This document shows positions 27,991 to 37,334 of a stretch of DNA of 64,000 bases, one piece after another (positions within the stretch are counted from its first letter, which is position 1; each line of letters starts with the position of its first letter). Source of the stretch: Erysipelotrichaceae bacterium (GTDB taxonomy: Bacteria; Bacillota_I; Bacilli_A; RFN20; CAG-826); the NCBI GenBank assembly GCA_015059105.1, contig SVBB01000006.1, forward strand, positions 12,306 to 76,305, given 5' to 3'. The translations under genes and the position numbers were made by a program. The notes under the pieces are model-generated. The model made no database searches and was not told the DNA's origin. It worked only from the letters and a program-made list of their open reading frames with translations.

Positions 27991-29127
27991 TTACAACTTC
28001 TTGGTTGTCGTGACAAATTTGTATTGGGCTAAAATCCAAATTAATGGGTCGAGGATATTTTTAGGTTTTGGACCTTCTTCTGGAAGTTGTTCGAATTCAT
28101 CGGGAGCTGTTCCAAGAGCGCTGCAAGCGAAAAAGCCAACTTTAGTAAAAGCTTTGAGTCCTTGCGTTAATTCCCCGTCTCCTTCAAAGAAGTTGCCAAG
28201 TAGTCCATCCATATCAATCTGACATGATTCGAAATGGCTCTTGATGAAAGTTCCATATTTTTCATGTGGTGAAACATCATAGATTGCCATCGTATCATCG
28301 ATCAAACCATATTTTTCTAAAACGTCCATCTTCGTGAAGACGAGAGCGATTGGAATATCGATGTTTCCACGGATGTTAGTTTTTCTTCTAATCTGCTCCA
28401 CAATATTGGATAAAACAGTTTCAATGTCTGTATTTTTCTGTGGTAAAGATACTCCTTTGGCCGCTAATACCTTACGAATTGACGGGACCTGTAATGGGTC
28501 GAGGAGGAGGATGATACCTTTGGAGTTAGCGATATATTGGTTATAAACATCCATCGAGTTTGAAGAATCTAAGTTTTCACCTGCGGTATCATAGAAAGTC
28601 AAAGTGACGATGTTTTTAATGTTATTTTTCTTATCCATAAAACGGAGAGGGAAAATGAGAGGTGGGGTTTCACCGGCGTCAGTCGCAGTGATGACTTGAT
28701 GGGCCTCATATAAGGGCTCCCCGTAGAATTGGTTATAATGGTTTTTGCTCTCTTCATCCGCGGAGATTGCTAAAGAACAATTGAAGCGAAGAGACATTTT
28801 CTTTCTAATTTCGTGAATTAAAACACCGATGTAATTACTTTTACCAGTAGCTTTCGCTCCTAATAAAGCAATCGGTAAAGATATTTCATTTAAAAAATCA
28901 CGTGGAATTGCGCGTTGAATATGTGGACAAAGAATAGTCTTAGACGCGTGGTTGCAGTTCATGCAGCGACGCACATCCTTTGGATTGACACTACTATCGG
29001 GATTTCTCTGCACTTTGTTTGGGCACGGTGCAGTCGTATCGCCAGCGATGTTATAAGAACACAAAACTTTGCATTCTTCTAGAGTGTGCTCGTTATAACA
29101 GTACGGACAAGTAAATCTATTAGCCAT
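27991..29127 (-). CDS. Soluble TRAFAC GTPase (double-GTPase type) with N-terminal Zn-binding Cys cluster
   Basis: CPYC...C..C...CPH; G1 GAKATGKS, G3 DTAGE, LLLDPLQ, G4 TKMD, G5 CSALG. Confidence 0.88.
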   Translation of the reverse strand: MANRFTCPYCYNEHTLEECKVLCSYNIAGDTTAPCPNKVQRNPDSSVNPKDVRRCMNCNHASKTILCPHIQRAIPRDFLNEISLPIALLGAKATGKSNYIGVLIHEIRKKMSLRFNCSLAISADEESKNHYNQFYGEPLYEAHQVITATDAGETPPLIFPLRFMDKKNNIKNIVTLTFYDTAGENLDSSNSMDVYNQYIANSKGIILLLDPLQVPSIRKVLAAKGVSLPQKNTDIETVLSNIVEQIRRKTNIRGNIDIPIALVFTKMDVLEKYGLIDDTMAIYDVSPHEKYGTFIKSHFESCQIDMDGLLGNFFEGDGELTQGLKAFTKVGFFACSALGTAPDEFEQLPEEGPKPKNILDPLIWILAQYKFVTTTKKL

Positions 29128-29136
29128 AAGAACCTC

Positions 29137-32100
29137 CTATAATTTTTCTTGTCTTCTAAGCTTCACATAGCAACCATTTTCACTTTTCACAAAGAGAGCG
29201 AATTTAGCTCCAAGCGGTAAAGGTGGGCAAGTGAAGGAGAGTGAACCTTTATACTTCTTTCCTATAAATCCTTTTTTCAAAGTAATAGCAGGGAAGGAAG
29301 TTAGTTCATCACCAGAATTTTTATCTAGCGGTAATTTACGATCATGATAACGGAGAGTAGTTTCAGGAACTGTAGCCTCGTGATCACATTCAAAACTCAC
29401 CGTTAATTTACAAGATTTCCCTACCACCCCAGGGTGATCGATAGCAAAGAACACCACTTCTCTAGTACGAGGAGTGATCACATCATCAATATGAGTAGCG
29501 CGGGAATATATTTTGTTGCCACCCACCACTAATTCCGAGAATAAAGAGATGTAGTGGCTAACATTTTTCTTTAAAGGTAATTTAAAGCCATCTTGACTTA
29601 AGAAATCGCTTGGTTTTCCTTCATAGACATCGTCAGCTTCTTCTAGAAAATCGTTGACAAAATGGGAGTTACTAACTTTGACATAGATTTTTGAAGCGGA
29701 TTGGTTCGGAGTTCCTTTGATAATCAAAGTATTTTCTGTCTCTTCATAAGAAAGTCCATCGATACCAGTGATAGTATTGACGGGAATCGGCTCGCTGATG
29801 ATGAATAATTGGTCATTAGCGATGTAAGGATAAACGAAACCGACAGATCCGACAGGAAGAGTGAATATCTTATTGCCGTTATTATCTTTTTTAATGTCGA
29901 TGAATGATAAGCCATTAATCATCTTGGCTTGTTCGCTGATCTTGGTAATTACATTAGTGATAATCGAACTAGATTTTGCATTAGCGAATAATAATTTTGC
30001 ATTTCCTGTATCATTTTCATCAAAAGAAATATTAAATGCACTATCGCTTATCTGATTAACTTTCACATTTTTAAGTGGGGAAAGAGCGCTGAAAGTTGTA
30101 AATACTTGTTTGCTGCCTCTCGAAGAGATGATTCGACCGTTATTTTCATAATTAACGATGATCAAATAACCGACACTCTGCGCCGTTGGTGAATCAGTGA
30201 AACCTTTTAAAGTTGCTTCTACTTTACGAGCACTAGTTTTGCTGATTGGAGCAATAGCGTTATCGGAACAATATACTTCGATGGATTTAGCGTTAGCAGG
30301 GGCGCTATAAGAGACCTTGATAATATTTGGCTCCATCGATTGGACAACGTTATTCACTTCTTGGAAAAGCACAACCGGGCTCATCGCTTTGGTGAGAGAA
30401 GAATTAACATCTGCACGCGTTGCAAAAACAGCATAATAATATTGCACCGCACTCACCACACCGCTATCATCAAAGAAATTTAATGAAAGATTATTGATAA
30501 CAATCTCGCCATCGGTTGCCGATGTCGGCGCACTACCGATTTTCTTGATGACGGTATATAGATTCCCATCTGCATCTTTTCCAACATCCCATTCGATACG
30601 AACAAATTTATTATCGTTGACCATAACCTTAAGGTTACTTGGCGCATTAGGCGGATATTTGCTCATGAAGGCTTTCGCATCAGAATAGTCAGAGCAAATC
30701 TCTAATGAAGCGATGGCGCATTTGATTGCCTCACTGATGCGACCACCATTCACAAAAGTGCGGGCTTTATTAATTTCTGCATTCGCCTTCGCGATATTAT
30801 TCTTGATGTCGAGAATGAGATCGTCAGTGACTTTGCCGTTATATGTTAAATATTTATTTTTTAAGGCAATCGCTAAAGAAAGAGCTCGCATGAAGCATTT
30901 TTTGACAATTGCTTCATCGATGGTTTTAAGTTCTTCTTTATAAGCTGCCCCTAATGTTTCTTCTTCTTTTTTACGTTTTTCAATTTCTTGAGTGGCTTTA
31001 TTAATCTTGCTTGCCACTTTACTACCCGCGAAATCTGGTTCGGGGACGCATGAACGTATAGAGCTGATCGCCGCATTGGCTTTCGCCTCATCATAAGCGA
31101 CAGATAGTAGTTCTTTATCTAATAAAGCGGAAGCTTGATCGAATAATTTTTTATTGTTGTAATTAGCTTTACATGTTGGACATGTCTGACTCTTCTTGGT
31201 GAAAGCCATCTTTGAACCACAGTTCCAACATGAAACTTCAAGAGGGCGACCACAATGTGGACAAACTGTCGCGCCTACTTCATAGATTTTTCCACAATCA
31301 TCGTATGGACAAATCTCGAGATGTTTGATACCAAGTTGGCCTTTGACACTATCCGCATCATCACCGCCACTTACCATCAAATTGTAATATTTTAATCCCG
31401 CGCCAAGCATCTCTTCCACTTCGTTGATTGGAAGTTTGGTACGCGATTGAATGATCGTCGCAAAATCATAATATTCTTTTAAAGTGATATCTTTTGCGCC
31501 ATAAGATTTGCGGAGTCTAAAATTCCCCCACACTTCGTCTTTAAGCATGATATAAAAATCATATTGTTGACGAGTTTTCTTGTCTTTTAAAAGAATACTT
31601 TTTACAAGACCACAAATAGTATTAGCGGTCTGTTTGACCTTAAGATCACTTTTCTTATTCGCTTCCTGATATACCCTTTGTTGAGCAGCATCGATTTCAG
31701 ATTCGCTTGCGCTATTAGCGATGCCGAGGAATTCATACATATCTTTCTTTGCCGGAGGAGTTGCTAAAATATCGCTGACCTTATCGAAGTCACTAAGCGG
31801 AATCACATTTGTAATATTATCGATATATTTTACGGCTTTATTAGAATTGAATTTATTGAAACAATCTTCTAATTCTGGGAACGTAAAATATTTCATCGTC
31901 TTATTGACGGTGTTGCATAAATCTTGTAATTCACTGCGGTAAATGATGCCATTACTCTTCACTTTTGAAGAGATGATTTGCATGACATCATCAAGTTTGA
32001 AGTGCTTTGCTCTTTCAGCTTCTTCCTTCTTTTTTGCGGGATCTTTGAGCAAGGTTTCTTCAATATCTGAACGAAGTTCTATTAAGCGACGAGAAACGAT

Positions 32101-32238
32101 GTCACCGCTTGTATTGCCACATGCCGAGGCGATGGCTTTAGTAATTTCGTTAGCGTTATTTGCATCGATACCAAGTTTGCATGCGATGAAATAATTATAT
32201 TTAGGATTCTTAAGCTCCTCTGGTGTACGTACGCTCAT
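29137..32238 (-). CDS. Multidomain co-chaperone-like protein: degenerate J-like domain, four Cys knuckles, helical/TPR-like region, FN3-like repeats
   Basis: DMYEFLGIANSASESEI...LKDKKTRQQYD with no HPD; CPYDDC, CPHC, CWNC, CPTC; PNAPSNLKV...IEW...YTV...YYYAVFA. Confidence 0.72.
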   Translation of the reverse strand: MSVRTPEELKNPKYNYFIACKLGIDANNANEITKAIASACGNTSGDIVSRRLIELRSDIEETLLKDPAKKKEEAERAKHFKLDDVMQIISSKVKSNGIIYRSELQDLCNTVNKTMKYFTFPELEDCFNKFNSNKAVKYIDNITNVIPLSDFDKVSDILATPPAKKDMYEFLGIANSASESEIDAAQQRVYQEANKKSDLKVKQTANTICGLVKSILLKDKKTRQQYDFYIMLKDEVWGNFRLRKSYGAKDITLKEYYDFATIIQSRTKLPINEVEEMLGAGLKYYNLMVSGGDDADSVKGQLGIKHLEICPYDDCGKIYEVGATVCPHCGRPLEVSCWNCGSKMAFTKKSQTCPTCKANYNNKKLFDQASALLDKELLSVAYDEAKANAAISSIRSCVPEPDFAGSKVASKINKATQEIEKRKKEEETLGAAYKEELKTIDEAIVKKCFMRALSLAIALKNKYLTYNGKVTDDLILDIKNNIAKANAEINKARTFVNGGRISEAIKCAIASLEICSDYSDAKAFMSKYPPNAPSNLKVMVNDNKFVRIEWDVGKDADGNLYTVIKKIGSAPTSATDGEIVINNLSLNFFDDSGVVSAVQYYYAVFATRADVNSSLTKAMSPVVLFQEVNNVVQSMEPNIIKVSYSAPANAKSIEVYCSDNAIAPISKTSARKVEATLKGFTDSPTAQSVGYLIIVNYENNGRIISSRGSKQVFTTFSALSPLKNVKVNQISDSAFNISFDENDTGNAKLLFANAKSSSIITNVITKISEQAKMINGLSFIDIKKDNNGNKIFTLPVGSVGFVYPYIANDQLFIISEPIPVNTITGIDGLSYEETENTLIIKGTPNQSASKIYVKVSNSHFVNDFLEEADDVYEGKPSDFLSQDGFKLPLKKNVSHYISLFSELVVGGNKIYSRATHIDDVITPRTREVVFFAIDHPGVVGKSCKLTVSFECDHEATVPETTLRYHDRKLPLDKNSGDELTSFPAITLKKGFIGKKYKGSLSFTCPPLPLGAKFALFVKSENGCYVKLRRQEKL

Positions 32239-32294
32239 ATGATAAATTCCTTATATTTAAAGTAATAATTACACTGCTAAACAAGTGCTAAAAA

Positions 32295-34427
32295 CTAATT
32301 GCCACTTGCAAGGGAAGAACCAATCGACTTGAAAGTGGTAACGAGTTGACTCAAGTCAACCTTCTTAGCACAGCCTGGGGAAGCGATTTGGTTAAGGAAC
32401 GATTGATTGCTGTCGGCGACGCCTACCGCATATATCGTTGCTCCTTTATTTTTCACATCATTCGCGGAGTTTTTCGCTACTTCTGGTTCCCACCATTCGC
32501 CATCTGTTAAAACGATGATAATCTCTGTGCCAGCTTGCACTGATCCCCCGCCACCGAAGGCGCTTTTAAGAGAAAATTTTGGTTTAGCCCCACCACTCGT
32601 ATTCATTCTGTAATACCTTAAGTAATGGTTGAATGGGTCCGCGCTTGTGCCACCATCAGCATCTAATGCATTAACCGCCGACATGATACGTGATTTATTT
32701 TGTTCATGATCTAACACCATTTGACAATTTTCATTGAAGGAAATGAGTGAAACATGGGTGAAAGATAAATCTATTTGATTTACAAATTCTTCGACAGCTT
32801 GAACCGCCGCTCTGATACCAGACCCATACATAGAACCAGAAATATCGATCATGAATGTAACATCAAATACCGGTTTACGGCTCTCAGCTTTCTCTTTCTT
32901 TAAACGCGCTTCAATTTCACTTAAGGATTCAGTGATTGGACACTGTTTAACATTCAAGGATTGACCGCCTTGAATCTTGGCTTTCACTTCCACGACACCG
33001 TTTTGGTTATATAGATATGAAACGACAACTTGGTTCTTTCCGCTTGGGAAACCTGTTATTTCATATTTATATAAAATATTTGCGTCATAAGGATCCTCAG
33101 TCTCGCCTTGGAGAACATAGGCTTCCATCTTTGTGCCTTGATAGGAATAACTCTTATCGAAGTCTTCTCCAACATTGGAATTTTTCTTGATGACGATGGA
33201 GTTAATTAATTTATCACTTTCATCATTTTCCCAAATCAATAAGCCTAAAGAATGGGAAGTGATATCTTTGATACTGTTATTAGACAGGGTGAAGGCTGCT
33301 GGTTTTTCTCCCCCAGAGAAATTCGCCATCCCCAAATTAACGGGATTAAGAGTCAGGGTTCCAAATTTGCATAGATGGGCTTGCATAGCTGCCCCTGCGG
33401 CGACGATAGAGTCAACTTTGTTTCCGATGATGCGTGGTTTTTTTCCGAATTCTCTTTCCACTGCTTCTGCAATCTGTGGCATTCTTGTGGAACCACCGAC
33501 AAGGACGACCTCATCGAGATTCTTCCAAGAAAATCCTCCGCCAATTTCTGTGAAACACTGCTCTGTTAAAAGCATCGTTTCATTGAGTAAATTTTCTGTT
33601 GCACGATCAAAATCAGCGCGTGTTATCTCGTATTTTCCATACATTCCATCACATTGAATGGCAATATTAGTAGATGGAACATTAGTTAAGACCTTCTTGG
33701 CTTTTTCACATTTGACCATGAGCTCGTTAAAATCTTCAGGGTAGGCGGTGATATCAATGCCAAATTCGCTATTGAATTTATCGACGACAAAATCAATCAA
33801 AGCGCGATCCCAGTCTCTTCCTCCGAGTTGGTGGTTACCATTAGTGCAAAGCGGGGTGACGTTTGGTCCGACAATCTTTGCAATCGTGACGTCAAAAGTA
33901 CCACCGCCAAGGTCATAAACCATGACATTTTTTGTTCCGACCCCAGTTAAACCATAAGCGATGATTGCTGCCGTTGGTTCGTTGAGTATTTTTAATACTT
34001 TAAGACCTGCTCTTTCACCGGCATGAATAGTAGCCTGTCTTTGAGCTTCATTAAAATAAGCTGGGCAAGTGATAACTGCTCCTTCAATTTCCACATCATT
34101 AGATTCTTCAATCTGTTTTTTGAGATTTTCCAGAAAAATAGCCGACAAATCTTCAGCAGAATAATCTTTTCCGTCTAAATATGCCGAATAATTTGGCTCT
34201 CCCATCTGGGACTTATAGAATGAAGCAGTGTTAGTGTTTCCACTAGCTTGTAAGTCTTTTGCTTCTTGTCCGATGAGAATTTGCCCACCTTCGATATAGA
34301 CTACCGAGGGGGTAGTTTCCTCACCGATTTCATTTTTTAAAATATTTATTTTGGAGGTACCCTCATCAAAGAGAGCAACCGCCGAATAGGTCGTGCCTAA
34401 ATCAATTCCAACATTAACTTTTTTCAT
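32295..34427 (-). CDS. Hsp70-family protein fused to a C-terminal vWA domain
   Basis: GIDLGTTYS, TCPAYF, NEPTAA, DLGGGTFD and VGGSTRMP; vWA MIDAS DISGS...GGT...LTDG. Start at 34427 with GAGG upstream. Confidence 0.92.
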   Translation of the reverse strand: MKKVNVGIDLGTTYSAVALFDEGTSKINILKNEIGEETTPSVVYIEGGQILIGQEAKDLQASGNTNTASFYKSQMGEPNYSAYLDGKDYSAEDLSAIFLENLKKQIEESNDVEIEGAVITCPAYFNEAQRQATIHAGERAGLKVLKILNEPTAAIIAYGLTGVGTKNVMVYDLGGGTFDVTIAKIVGPNVTPLCTNGNHQLGGRDWDRALIDFVVDKFNSEFGIDITAYPEDFNELMVKCEKAKKVLTNVPSTNIAIQCDGMYGKYEITRADFDRATENLLNETMLLTEQCFTEIGGGFSWKNLDEVVLVGGSTRMPQIAEAVEREFGKKPRIIGNKVDSIVAAGAAMQAHLCKFGTLTLNPVNLGMANFSGGEKPAAFTLSNNSIKDITSHSLGLLIWENDESDKLINSIVIKKNSNVGEDFDKSYSYQGTKMEAYVLQGETEDPYDANILYKYEITGFPSGKNQVVVSYLYNQNGVVEVKAKIQGGQSLNVKQCPITESLSEIEARLKKEKAESRKPVFDVTFMIDISGSMYGSGIRAAVQAVEEFVNQIDLSFTHVSLISFNENCQMVLDHEQNKSRIMSAVNALDADGGTSADPFNHYLRYYRMNTSGGAKPKFSLKSAFGGGGSVQAGTEIIIVLTDGEWWEPEVAKNSANDVKNKGATIYAVGVADSNQSFLNQIASPGCAKKVDLSQLVTTFKSIGSSLASGN

Positions 34428-34466
34428 AAGAGTACCTCGCAAAAAAATAAATAATTTTTTAAATAA

Positions 34467-36146
34467 TTAAGCTAAAGTGAGTTTAGAAGCGACATCCATA
34501 CCGACTTTATCGGCATCGCCACCTTTTCTCACTGGTTTAAGGACGTGTTTCACACCAGAATTAATTTCGATGAGAGTGAGAGTCAATTGTCCGTTCATAT
34601 CAACGTCGAGTTGAATGTCAACTGGAGTGGACGCTGGAATAGCTGGTGAGAAAGCGATTGGCATATCTTCATAAAGTTCTGCACATTCGTCTGCGGCGAC
34701 ATCAGCATTCAAAGATTCGTTTTCCATAATCTTGAGGTTGATACTATCGACGAGATTATTACCTTCTGCGATGACAAGGCCCTGTCCACCACTGAGTTGC
34801 GCGTAGGATGCTGAGGCTGGTTTAGGTGTATCTTTAACGATGAGGTTATAATATCTTTCTTCACCGCCATTATAGTAACGGAAGCAGTAAGATTTAGTGC
34901 ATAATTCAACGACCTTATTGACTGTACCATTGCTACCAGCAAATTCTGTAGAAGCTCCACTGCTTAAAGCGAATGGGCTATTTGCATCACCACCGAATGC
35001 TGCTGATTCGCTAGTTGGAGCCACTACTTCACCAGTCGCTTCATCAATAGCTAAACCACTAGCCACTAGAGCAGCACCATTAGAAACAGCCTTATCTGGA
35101 TCAAACGACACTAATGGTTTGTTATACTGTGCTGTTAACCCAGCTTCGACTTGTTTCATTCTTGTCGATCCACCGACTAAGATGATTTCATCGATTTGAT
35201 CGATCGTCATGCCTTTCTTAGTGAGCATATCGTCGATTAAAAGAATCGTTTGATTGAATAAGTCCGCTGTTAATTCATCAAATTTTTCTTGGGTGATTTC
35301 CACACGATATTTATTACCATCAAATGATGGAGTGACAGTTGCAGTTGGTTTAGCAGTGAGCATCTTCTTGGCTGCTTCAATCTTCTCAGAGAAGAAAGCT
35401 TTCATTTCTGGATCTTCATCTAAAACCGAACGATCAACACCGGTATTATTGCAGAATTCATCTTTGACATAATTCGCTAATGCTGCATCCCAGTCTTTAC
35501 CACCGAGTTGGTGATTACCACCAGTTGTGATGACTTGGTATTTACGATCAGTGCCTTCAAAATCAAGTCTCATAACTGTACAGTCGAAAGTACCACCACC
35601 TAAGTCATAAATTAAAACTGTTTTATGAATATTTTCATTTCTGGAATTACCATAAGCGATAGCCGCCGCGGTTGGTTCATCCATGATTTTTAAGACTTTT
35701 AATGGTTGTCCATTTGCTAAAGTGACATTTTCACCAGCTAATCTAGTGGCCGCACGGGCTGCATCACCAAAGTAAGCTGGACAAGTGATGACCGCACCTT
35801 CAATTTCTTCGCCACCTAACGCTAACTCCGCATCAGCGATAAGTTTCTTTAAAATAAGGGTAGAGACGGCAGAGGCACTATATTCAACACCATTGACTGT
35901 TGCACGATAGTCAGGATCACCCATGTAGTTTTTAATTCTTTCTACTAAACATTCAGGATTCATCGCCCCCGCTTCTCTAGCCACGGAGCCAACAGTCACT
36001 GTTTCTCCATTTGGATCAAAGAAAACGATAGATGGAGTTGTCTTTTCTCCTTCGCTAGATTCAATGTTGACGATGTTTTGTGTTTCATCAACATAAGAAA
36101 CAACTGAGTATGTTGTTCCTAAATCAATACCAACTTTTTTACCCAT
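34467..36146 (-). CDS. Specialised Hsp70-family protein lacking the helical lid
   Basis: GIDLGTTYS, TCPAYF, DEPTAA, DLGGGTFD and VGGSTRM. The substrate-binding domain is divergent and ends soon after the beta subdomain. Not housekeeping DnaK. Confidence 0.92.
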   Translation of the reverse strand: MGKKVGIDLGTTYSVVSYVDETQNIVNIESSEGEKTTPSIVFFDPNGETVTVGSVAREAGAMNPECLVERIKNYMGDPDYRATVNGVEYSASAVSTLILKKLIADAELALGGEEIEGAVITCPAYFGDAARAATRLAGENVTLANGQPLKVLKIMDEPTAAAIAYGNSRNENIHKTVLIYDLGGGTFDCTVMRLDFEGTDRKYQVITTGGNHQLGGKDWDAALANYVKDEFCNNTGVDRSVLDEDPEMKAFFSEKIEAAKKMLTAKPTATVTPSFDGNKYRVEITQEKFDELTADLFNQTILLIDDMLTKKGMTIDQIDEIILVGGSTRMKQVEAGLTAQYNKPLVSFDPDKAVSNGAALVASGLAIDEATGEVVAPTSESAAFGGDANSPFALSSGASTEFAGSNGTVNKVVELCTKSYCFRYYNGGEERYYNLIVKDTPKPASASYAQLSGGQGLVIAEGNNLVDSINLKIMENESLNADVAADECAELYEDMPIAFSPAIPASTPVDIQLDVDMNGQLTLTLIEINSGVKHVLKPVRKGGDADKVGMDVASKLTLA

Positions 36147-36161
36147 AAAAATTCCTTCCTT

Positions 36162-37334
36162 TTATTGTTGTTCGTATTTATAAACATCCACTTTACATAA
36201 GTAGATGACTTTACCGCCGTAAAGATATGTATCGGTATGTCTAAAGGCAATCGTCTTGTCGAGTTCCTCTTTATTTGTTGGAACAAATTTCAGCATACGA
36301 TTAGTCTTCATGTCATAAACGTTAGAGACATCGATATCAATCTCCACTCCCAAACGTGAGAGAATATCGCTAGTTGAGGAGATGACAAAGATGAGGACAT
36401 CGCTATAAAGAGATGTTTTGTTATCTTCGTTAATAGCCTCCATAGTATTCTCGATTTTCTTCTTAAGTTTGAGATAGAAATTAGTCACAATCTTGTAAGA
36501 TGGGAGAAGAAGCGCATCGGCATAATTAGCATCCACACTCGCAGCAACTGCCTCCACTTCTTTATATGCTTCATCAAGCAAAGCATTATCTTTTAAGATT
36601 GCTTCTATATTTGCTTTATTCTCTTCGACAAGTTTAATGACATCATTAAGTGAATAAGCACCTTCTTCTTTCGCTTGTTCATCGCTTTCTTCAACGATGA
36701 CGTTTTCAGTTTCTGGCTCTTTAACATAGTTATCCACTTTACGCATTGGGATAGTTGCTAAATCTTTACCATCGAGTAAAAATTTCTCCCCATCATATTC
36801 GATAGAGAAGTTTGCTAGCATCTCCACAAAATCATCATCGAGGTAACCGAGATACTTTTTTGTTGTTTCAATATCTGTAGAAAACTTAGCGACATTCCGC
36901 AAAGTATTTTTCGCATCCTCGCGATAGGAAATAAGACCCATGATAATTTGTTTGAGGAGAGTATAACCAAAATCTTCGCGATATTTGTTGAGCTCATTTT
37001 TCATCTTTACAATCGTTTCATCTTTAGTTTTCGCTAAGCGAATAGAATCGCGCAAAGCATTAAAATATTGTTTGAGCAAAACAACGATTTCTTCATATTT
37101 TGGTTCTGGTTCAATTGGTTTTTCTTGGGCAGGTTCTTCGTTAACAATTTCTTCATTAACTGGCTCTGCTTCTAGAGGTGTCTCTTCAATAACGATCTCT
37201 ATTTTCTCTTCAGGATTTGCTTCTACCGGCTGTTCTTTCTTTTCCTCAATAACAGGCTTTTCTTCCTCGTTAGAAGACTCATCATTAATTGGTTCAATCA
37301 CAATCTTGTCTAAATCAAAAACTGATATTGTCAC
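36162..37334 (-). CDS. GrpE-like nucleotide exchange factor with duplicated helical region
   Basis: Acidic N-terminus; KDETIVKMKNELNKY...EMLANFSIE; second half DILSRLGVE...YDMKTN...DKTIA...YLYGGKVIY..KVDVY. GTG start with RBS AAGGGGG. First gene before two Hsp70 genes. Confidence 0.72.
   Translation of the reverse strand: MTISVFDLDKIVIEPINDESSNEEEKPVIEEKKEQPVEANPEEKIEIVIEETPLEAEPVNEEIVNEEPAQEKPIEPEPKYEEIVVLLKQYFNALRDSIRLAKTKDETIVKMKNELNKYREDFGYTLLKQIIMGLISYREDAKNTLRNVAKFSTDIETTKKYLGYLDDDFVEMLANFSIEYDGEKFLLDGKDLATIPMRKVDNYVKEPETENVIVEESDEQAKEEGAYSLNDVIKLVEENKANIEAILKDNALLDEAYKEVEAVAASVDANYADALLLPSYKIVTNFYLKLKKKIENTMEAINEDNKTSLYSDVLIFVISSTSDILSRLGVEIDIDVSNVYDMKTNRMLKFVPTNKEELDKTIAFRHTDTYLYGGKVIYLCKVDVYKYEQQ

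Noticed and set aside
32295-37334. Housekeeping dnaK operon
   Set aside because: No hrcA, no full CIRCE, no HPD-containing DnaJ, and both Hsp70s lack the conserved linker and lid, so gene symbols were not assigned.
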